Source: Parcubacteria group bacterium CG08_land_8_20_14_0_20_48_21 (GTDB lineage: Bacteria; Patescibacteriota; Patescibacteriia; UBA1544). Taken from it: a DNA stretch of 42,283 nucleotides. The DNA lies in the NCBI GenBank assembly GCA_002774425.1, contig PEYJ01000029.1, positions 1 through 42,283 of the forward strand, read 5' to 3'. Shown piece by piece: positions 37,709 through 42,283 of this stretch. The notes under the pieces are model-generated. The model saw only the letters and a list, made by a program, of their open reading frames with translations. It did not search any database and was not told the origin of the DNA. How positions within the stretch are numbered: the first letter of the stretch is position 1; the number at the start of each line of letters is the position of its first letter. The position numbers were made by a program, and so were the translations under genes.

Positions 37709-37892
37709 TGTCGTATGGCACTAAGAGCTCACGGCCGCTTGTGATATCCTCGCAATAAAAACGCATCAGAGCGTCGTAATAGCCCACGAGGTTGAAAGCG
37801 ATATCATGCAAGTCCTGGTCATTCACTTCTTGGCCAAAGTCTTTTTTAAGAATCGCGCGGAGCTTTTCCAGCGTTTCCGGTTTTAATTTCAC
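37692..37892 (-). CDS. Hypothetical small protein
   Basis: GTG start 5 nt after the upstream stop; MKLKPETLEKLRAILKKDFGQEVNDQDLHDIAFNLVGYYDALM. Confidence 0.65.
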   Translation of the reverse strand: MKLKPETLEKLRAILKKDFGQEVNDQDLHDIAFNLVGYYDALMRFYCEDITSGRELLVPYDNEPAK

Positions 37893-37897
37893 AGGTC

Positions 37898-38140
37898 TTA
37901 GTCCTCGGCATAAATCCGCACTTTGACCTGTTTGAGCTCGTTGAAGAACGCCTGCGGCTCGACTTGAAGCTCGCGGCTCCAATATCGCTTCACCAGAGAA
38001 TCCAAGTCCGGGCTCTTGCCGAAGCAAAAGAGCACCTTGCGCGGATTTCCCCGATCCACGACCTCAAGAGAATCAGGAATAAATAATAAAAGCGCCGCGA
38101 CCAATGCCAGATCGGCGGTTTTGTAATAATTGTTTTCCAT
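37898..38140 (-). CDS. DUF5659 family protein
   Basis: YKTADLALVAALL...KVLFCF...YW...VEPQAFFNELKQVKVRIY. Confidence 0.75.
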   Translation of the reverse strand: MENNYYKTADLALVAALLLFIPDSLEVVDRGNPRKVLFCFGKSPDLDSLVKRYWSRELQVEPQAFFNELKQVKVRIYAED

Positions 38141-38306
38141 ATTGTGGCATTTTCATCGTCATTAATTTTTTCCTCTCACACGTATTAATTATTGCAATCG
38201 GGCCGCTATGCCTTAAATAGTCCGCAAAGAAATTTTTGCAAACAAAAAACGCCTGTTCTGCAGGCGCATCACCAAGGTTATTAACACTACTTGAGGAATA
38301 CGAGCG

Positions 38307-38987
38307 TCACCGCAAGAAAATTCTGTACTTCGGATTGATCCGGTAACCGTCGGTTCGACGGCCTTCGATGAGTCTTGTGATTTTCAAATCATTCTTTGCC
38401 TTGGCATTAATTTTCATAATGGCCGAACGGACAGAGTAATCACTCCCGGCGTTCGTAGCCATACAGATATCCGGTGTCGGCTGATAAGTTTTGCCGATCA
38501 GATATTTTACGATCCGATGACGCAGATCCTCTTTGCCCATTGGATAACAGTATTTGTTTTTGGGATCGCGGTATAAATCAGCCTCGGCCGATAAATGAAG
38601 AATGGTCTGTTTTAACTCCGGCTTGGTTTTTCCTTGGGCAAAATATTCGGCAAAAGCGACAGCCGCCTCCCGGGTGAATGTTTTTATAAACTGCTGGTCA
38701 TATTCGGTCAGCCCCTCAAACTTGCTTGTCCGGCGTTCCAAGAGGGATCGGATGCTTTTCACTTCGAGTTTAGTTTCGATGAGCTCCTTGGTCAGCGTAC
38801 CGATTGCCGGCCGGTTTGTCCTTATAATTTTTTCACTATCGGCAATACCGGCAGTTTTCATTGAAGACCGAAGTATCTTTTCAGTCGTGGCAATCGAAAG
38901 CCGGTACGTCGTGATCTTTGCGACATTTTTCCGGATATTGAATTTGTATCTGGTGGCCAGCGTGGCCTTTTTCATTTTCATAATCAT
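38307..38987 (-). CDS. Hypothetical protein with a C-terminal winged-helix domain
   Basis: SVRSAIMKINAK...LIEGRRTDGYRIN resembles an OmpR-type wHTH; start uncertain. Confidence 0.6.
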   Translation of the reverse strand: MIMKMKKATLATRYKFNIRKNVAKITTYRLSIATTEKILRSSMKTAGIADSEKIIRTNRPAIGTLTKELIETKLEVKSIRSLLERRTSKFEGLTEYDQQFIKTFTREAAVAFAEYFAQGKTKPELKQTILHLSAEADLYRDPKNKYCYPMGKEDLRHRIVKYLIGKTYQPTPDICMATNAGSDYSVRSAIMKINAKAKNDLKITRLIEGRRTDGYRINPKYRIFLR

Positions 38988-39115
38988 TTTTAAACTGGTC
39001 AGAATATCCCGATTTTGTCCACTATAGTGATTCAACTGGACAAAATTAGTGAATCAGATCCATTTTATGCCTCCCATTCACTAAAGTTAAGCACATTTAC
39101 TTATCCCTCCAGCAC

Positions 39116-39178
39116 TTGCGCTTATTTGCATTATAGCATAAAATAGATACTGTAAGTAAGGTTTAAACTAACATACAG
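39116..39178 (+). promoter_or_regulatory. abiE promoter with a palindromic operator
   Basis: TTGCGC-17-TAAAAT followed by an imperfect 29-nt IR CTGTAAGTAAGGTTTAAACTAACATACAG. Confidence 0.6.
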
Positions 39179-39186
39179 ACTATATT

Positions 39187-39777
39187 ATGGAAAAAGGCGA
39201 TTATATCTCAACAATTTTGCGATCAAAACAAACGGTTTTATCGGCCAAAGACATAATGTTGCTTTGGAGCGAAGCCAGTTCTGATGCGGCCAGAGTAAGG
39301 ATCAACTACTACGCCAAAAGCGGAGCTCTTTATCGTATTCGCAGAGGTTTTTATGCCAAGGATAAAGATTACAACAAATTCGAGTTGGCGACCAAAATAT
39401 TTACGCCCTCCTATATCAGCTTTGAGACCGTCCTCGGTCAGGCCGGCATAACCTTTCAGCACTACAATCAAATATTTATCGCATCTTATACCAAGCGAGA
39501 AATCACTGCCGATGGTCAGACATATTCCTATAAGCGAATCAAAGATGCCATTCTCACTAATCCGGCCGGTATTGAGAGCAAGGATAATTATTCTATCGCA
39601 ACTCCCGAGCGCGCGTTTTTAGATGTGGTTTATTTAAACAAGGATTATCACTTTGACAATCTCGGTCCTTTGAATTGGGACAAAGTATTCGAGATACTTT
39701 CTATTTATGGCGGCAACAAACGCATGGAAAAAATGGTCAAGAAATATCGCGAAGCATTAAATACAGAGACAAAATAA
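39187..39777 (+). CDS. abiEi: Type IV TA antitoxin AbiEi-like
   Basis: LYRIRRGFY, PSYISFETVL, IATPERAFLD. Confidence 0.85.
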   Translation: MEKGDYISTILRSKQTVLSAKDIMLLWSEASSDAARVRINYYAKSGALYRIRRGFYAKDKDYNKFELATKIFTPSYISFETVLGQAGITFQHYNQIFIASYTKREITADGQTYSYKRIKDAILTNPAGIESKDNYSIATPERAFLDVVYLNKDYHFDNLGPLNWDKVFEILSIYGGNKRMEKMVKKYREALNTETK

Positions 39778-39782
39778 ATTTT

Positions 39783-40487
39783 ATGACGCTCAACACCACA
39801 ACACACAAAAATATCCTCATCAAAATCCTTAAGGATATCTATACCGATTCAACAATCGGGCCGCTTTTGGGATTTAAGGGCGGTACGGCCGTCTATCTTT
39901 TTTATAATTTGAACCGCTTTTCAGTGGACTTGGATTTTGATTTACTCGATGCCGAAAAAGAGGACTATGTTTTCGAGCAAATAAAAAAGATTTTAGAGAA
40001 TTACGGCACAATAAAAGAAGCGGAAAAGAAACGTTTTAATCTGTTTTATGTTTTGGCTTATGACGACAAGGTTCCGGGTGCCCAGAATATCAAGGTGGAA
40101 ATTAATCGCCGGGAATTCGGCTCGAAGTATGAAGTAAAGTCATATCTCGGCATTTCCATGAAAGTTATGGTGCAGGAGGATATGTTCGCTCACAAGCTTT
40201 GTGCTATGTATGAGCGGATTGGTAAAACCAACCGCGACATTTTTGATGTCTGGTATTTTTTGCAGAATGAATGGCCGGTTAATAAGAAAATTGTCGAGGA
40301 ACGCACCAGTATGATTTTCAAGGAATTCTTACAGAAGTGTGTCGATTCACTGGAAAAAATGACCGACCAAAATATTCTTTCCGGCATGGGCGAACTATTG
40401 GACGCCAAGCAGAAAGATTGGGTAAAAGCCAAACTCCGCACCGAGACGATATTCTTGCTGAAGCTTAAATTACAAAACGAAAAATAA
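39783..40487 (+). CDS. abiEii: Type IV TA nucleotidyltransferase toxin AbiEii
   Basis: FKGGTA..L.RFSVDLDF, KVEI, AHKL, RDIFD. Confidence 0.9.
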   Translation: MTLNTTTHKNILIKILKDIYTDSTIGPLLGFKGGTAVYLFYNLNRFSVDLDFDLLDAEKEDYVFEQIKKILENYGTIKEAEKKRFNLFYVLAYDDKVPGAQNIKVEINRREFGSKYEVKSYLGISMKVMVQEDMFAHKLCAMYERIGKTNRDIFDVWYFLQNEWPVNKKIVEERTSMIFKEFLQKCVDSLEKMTDQNILSGMGELLDAKQKDWVKAKLRTETIFLLKLKLQNEK

Positions 40488-40488
40488 T

Positions 40489-41403
40489 ATGGCCCTATTC
40501 AAAATCAACGGCTCGGCCGTCAAGAAAATAACCGCCAAAGAGCTTGATCTGGAGAAAAACCTACAGACACTTTTTGAGAGCAATCTTGAAGAATTGTTAA
40601 ACATTATTTTTCTGGCTCATGAATATCCGACCAGTTTCGGCGGCCGGATTGATACCCTTGGTATTGATAAAGACGGCGCGCCTTGCATCATTGAATACAA
40701 GAAAAACCAAAACGATAATGTGATCAATCAAGGGCTTTCATATCTATACTGGCTTTTGGATCACAAGGCTGATTTTGAAAAAGTCTGTCAAAACAAAAAG
40801 ATTGAAATAGAGATTGACTGGGATTCTCCCCGGGTCATTTGCGTTGCTGAAAGCTACAATAAATTTGATCTGGATACGGTGAATGTTTTGCCGATTAATG
40901 TTGAGCTCTGGCGGTACCGCATCTATGACGAAAACATTCTCTTTTTGGAGCCGGAAAATTTTCAGAAAGTACGGGTATCAACGGCAAGTATTGTGCGGAA
41001 AACAAAACACGACAAAGAAAAACAAGAAATAATACAGAAGAATTATTCGGTGGACGAACATCTTGAGAAAGCTGGAGAGGATATCAAATCGTTATTTTTA
41101 AAGTTACGCGAAAAAATCATCTCGCTTGATACGGAAATTAAAGAAGATCCGCAAAAACACTATGTGGCTTATAAGCTATCGACCAACTTTGCCGATGTAG
41201 AGGTATATCGCAATCAGCTTAAAATTTTCTTGAACGTAAAAAGCGGACAACTTAACGATCCTGATTCCATTGCTCGGGATATGGAAAAACCAAAGCACAT
41301 CGGCCACCACGGCAATGGCGATTACGAGGTTAAGCTCGAAAGCGAAGCCGACATAGACAAGGTATTTTCGCTTATAAAGCAAAGCTACGATCTGAATAAA
41401 TAA
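40489..41403 (+). CDS. NucS-like PD-(D/E)XK endonuclease with a C-terminal DUF5655 domain
   Basis: EKNLQTLFE, RIDTLGID..IIEYKK..QGLSY; C-terminal KHYVAYK..NFAD..GHHGNGDYEV. Confidence 0.8.
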   Translation: MALFKINGSAVKKITAKELDLEKNLQTLFESNLEELLNIIFLAHEYPTSFGGRIDTLGIDKDGAPCIIEYKKNQNDNVINQGLSYLYWLLDHKADFEKVCQNKKIEIEIDWDSPRVICVAESYNKFDLDTVNVLPINVELWRYRIYDENILFLEPENFQKVRVSTASIVRKTKHDKEKQEIIQKNYSVDEHLEKAGEDIKSLFLKLREKIISLDTEIKEDPQKHYVAYKLSTNFADVEVYRNQLKIFLNVKSGQLNDPDSIARDMEKPKHIGHHGNGDYEVKLESEADIDKVFSLIKQSYDLNK

Positions 41404-41405
41404 GT

Positions 41406-42068
41406 ATGAAAATAAAAGATTTGCCAAAAGTTGATAGACCGCGAGAAAAACTGGAGAAATACGGCCCCGAGCGACTTTCTGATTCGGAACTTTTGGCTAT
41501 TCTTTTACGAACCGGAAGCGAAGGCATAAATGTAGTGGAATTATCCAGTAAGATTTTAAGGAAATTCAGTGGCGCTGGATTGGCCAAAGCGTCGGCCAAA
41601 GAATTGAAAAATACATTTGGTCTTGGAAGCGCGAAAGCGTGCGAAATCGTCGCCTGCTATGAACTTGGTCGTCGGCATTTACACGATAAGCAATCGGTTC
41701 TGCTTTTATCGCCAAAAGATGTTTGGGACGAACTCAAGGATATTCGGGATCATAAAAAAGAACACTTCGTGATTTTCTTTTTGGATTCCAGAAATCAGGA
41801 AATCAAGCGTGAAATCGTTTCAGTCGGTTCACTTAATGCAAATCTCGTTCATCCGCGCGAAGTATTTGAGCCGGCTGTCCGGCATTTGGCCGCGCAGGTT
41901 ATTATTGCTCACAATCACCCAGCCGGCGATCCAACACCATCGCAAGAAGATTCAGATATAACTAAGCAATTAGTTGATGCGGGCAAGCTTCTCGGTATCG
42001 ATATAAGCGACCACGTGATCGTCAGTAAAACAAATTTTTTCAGCTTCAAAGAGCATAAATTGATTTAA
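41406..42068 (+). CDS. radC: RadC / JAB-domain protein
   Basis: RPREKL, LSDSELLAILLRTG, VHPREVF, AHNHPAGDPTPSQED, DHVIV. Confidence 0.95.
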   Translation: MKIKDLPKVDRPREKLEKYGPERLSDSELLAILLRTGSEGINVVELSSKILRKFSGAGLAKASAKELKNTFGLGSAKACEIVACYELGRRHLHDKQSVLLLSPKDVWDELKDIRDHKKEHFVIFFLDSRNQEIKREIVSVGSLNANLVHPREVFEPAVRHLAAQVIIAHNHPAGDPTPSQEDSDITKQLVDAGKLLGIDISDHVIVSKTNFFSFKEHKLI

Positions 42069-42073
42069 ATATT

Positions 42074-42283
42074 ATGGCTACTCAAGATACAACCGGAAAA
42101 AAGTTCATGCGCGAAACAGACGCGCGTATTCTCATTGACCGCAGACTCCGCGAAGCCGATTGGGATATCGAAAACAAGAATCAGGTCTCAACCGAAGAGA
42201 CTTCACAGAACGGCCGCGCTGATTATATTCTTAAAGACTCAAGGGGTCGCGCCATAGCCGTTATTGAGGCAAAGCGTTTTGCT
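42074..42283 (+). CDS. hsdR: Type I restriction enzyme R subunit, N-terminal part (truncated by the window)
   Basis: ETDARILIDRRLREADW...GRADYILKD...AVIEAKR. Confidence 0.72.
   Translation, partial: MATQDTTGKKFMRETDARILIDRRLREADWDIENKNQVSTEETSQNGRADYILKDSRGRAIAVIEAKRFA

Larger units (their letters stand above)
35013..42283. mobile_element. Integrative element / defence island at tRNA-Asn (right end outside the window)
   Basis: Recombinase abutting a tRNA 3' end, small HTH/rep-like genes, TA, nuclease and R-M cargo; visibly more AT-rich than the core. Confidence 0.85.

Noticed and set aside
35013-42283. Calling the island a prophage
   Set aside because: No structural, terminase or lysis genes are visible in the window

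Overview
Bacterial chromosomal window, genetic code 11. The gene set and protein styles (DUF5671, DUF5659, short 3D-domain protein, MNVSELAR-type IF2 N-terminus, RRM protein) suggest Patescibacteria/CPR (Parcubacteria-like); this is an inference. Bases 1-35 kb are mostly core genome: a stand-alone PD-(D/E)XK nuclease, a cytoplasmic PAS/HAMP histidine kinase with a tandem receiver protein, tRNA-Cys, ROK kinase, type II NADH dehydrogenase-like protein, polA, holA, rpsT, an aminotransferase, truB, infB-rbfA-nrnA, rny-ymdB-HU, tRNA-Arg/Lys, dnaG-rpoD, an RRM protein and a processive GT2. Embedded in the core region are a decayed gene, a small self-contained transcription unit, a structured intergenic region before rny, and a 2.3-kb cassette (dedA, an esterase-glycosyltransferase fusion and a nested palindromic repeat) bounded by a perfect 29-bp direct repeat. 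From tRNA-Asn (34980-35054) to the window end lies the left part of an integrative element. Its large serine recombinase ORF runs antisense into the tRNA and stops in the anticodon loop. It is followed by a compact HTH/replication-like module and a tightly packed defence operon (AbiEi-AbiEii, NucS-like/DUF5655 nuclease, RadC, and a partial type I restriction HsdR). No CRISPR array or rRNA is present. All family assignments come from motif recognition, not database searches.
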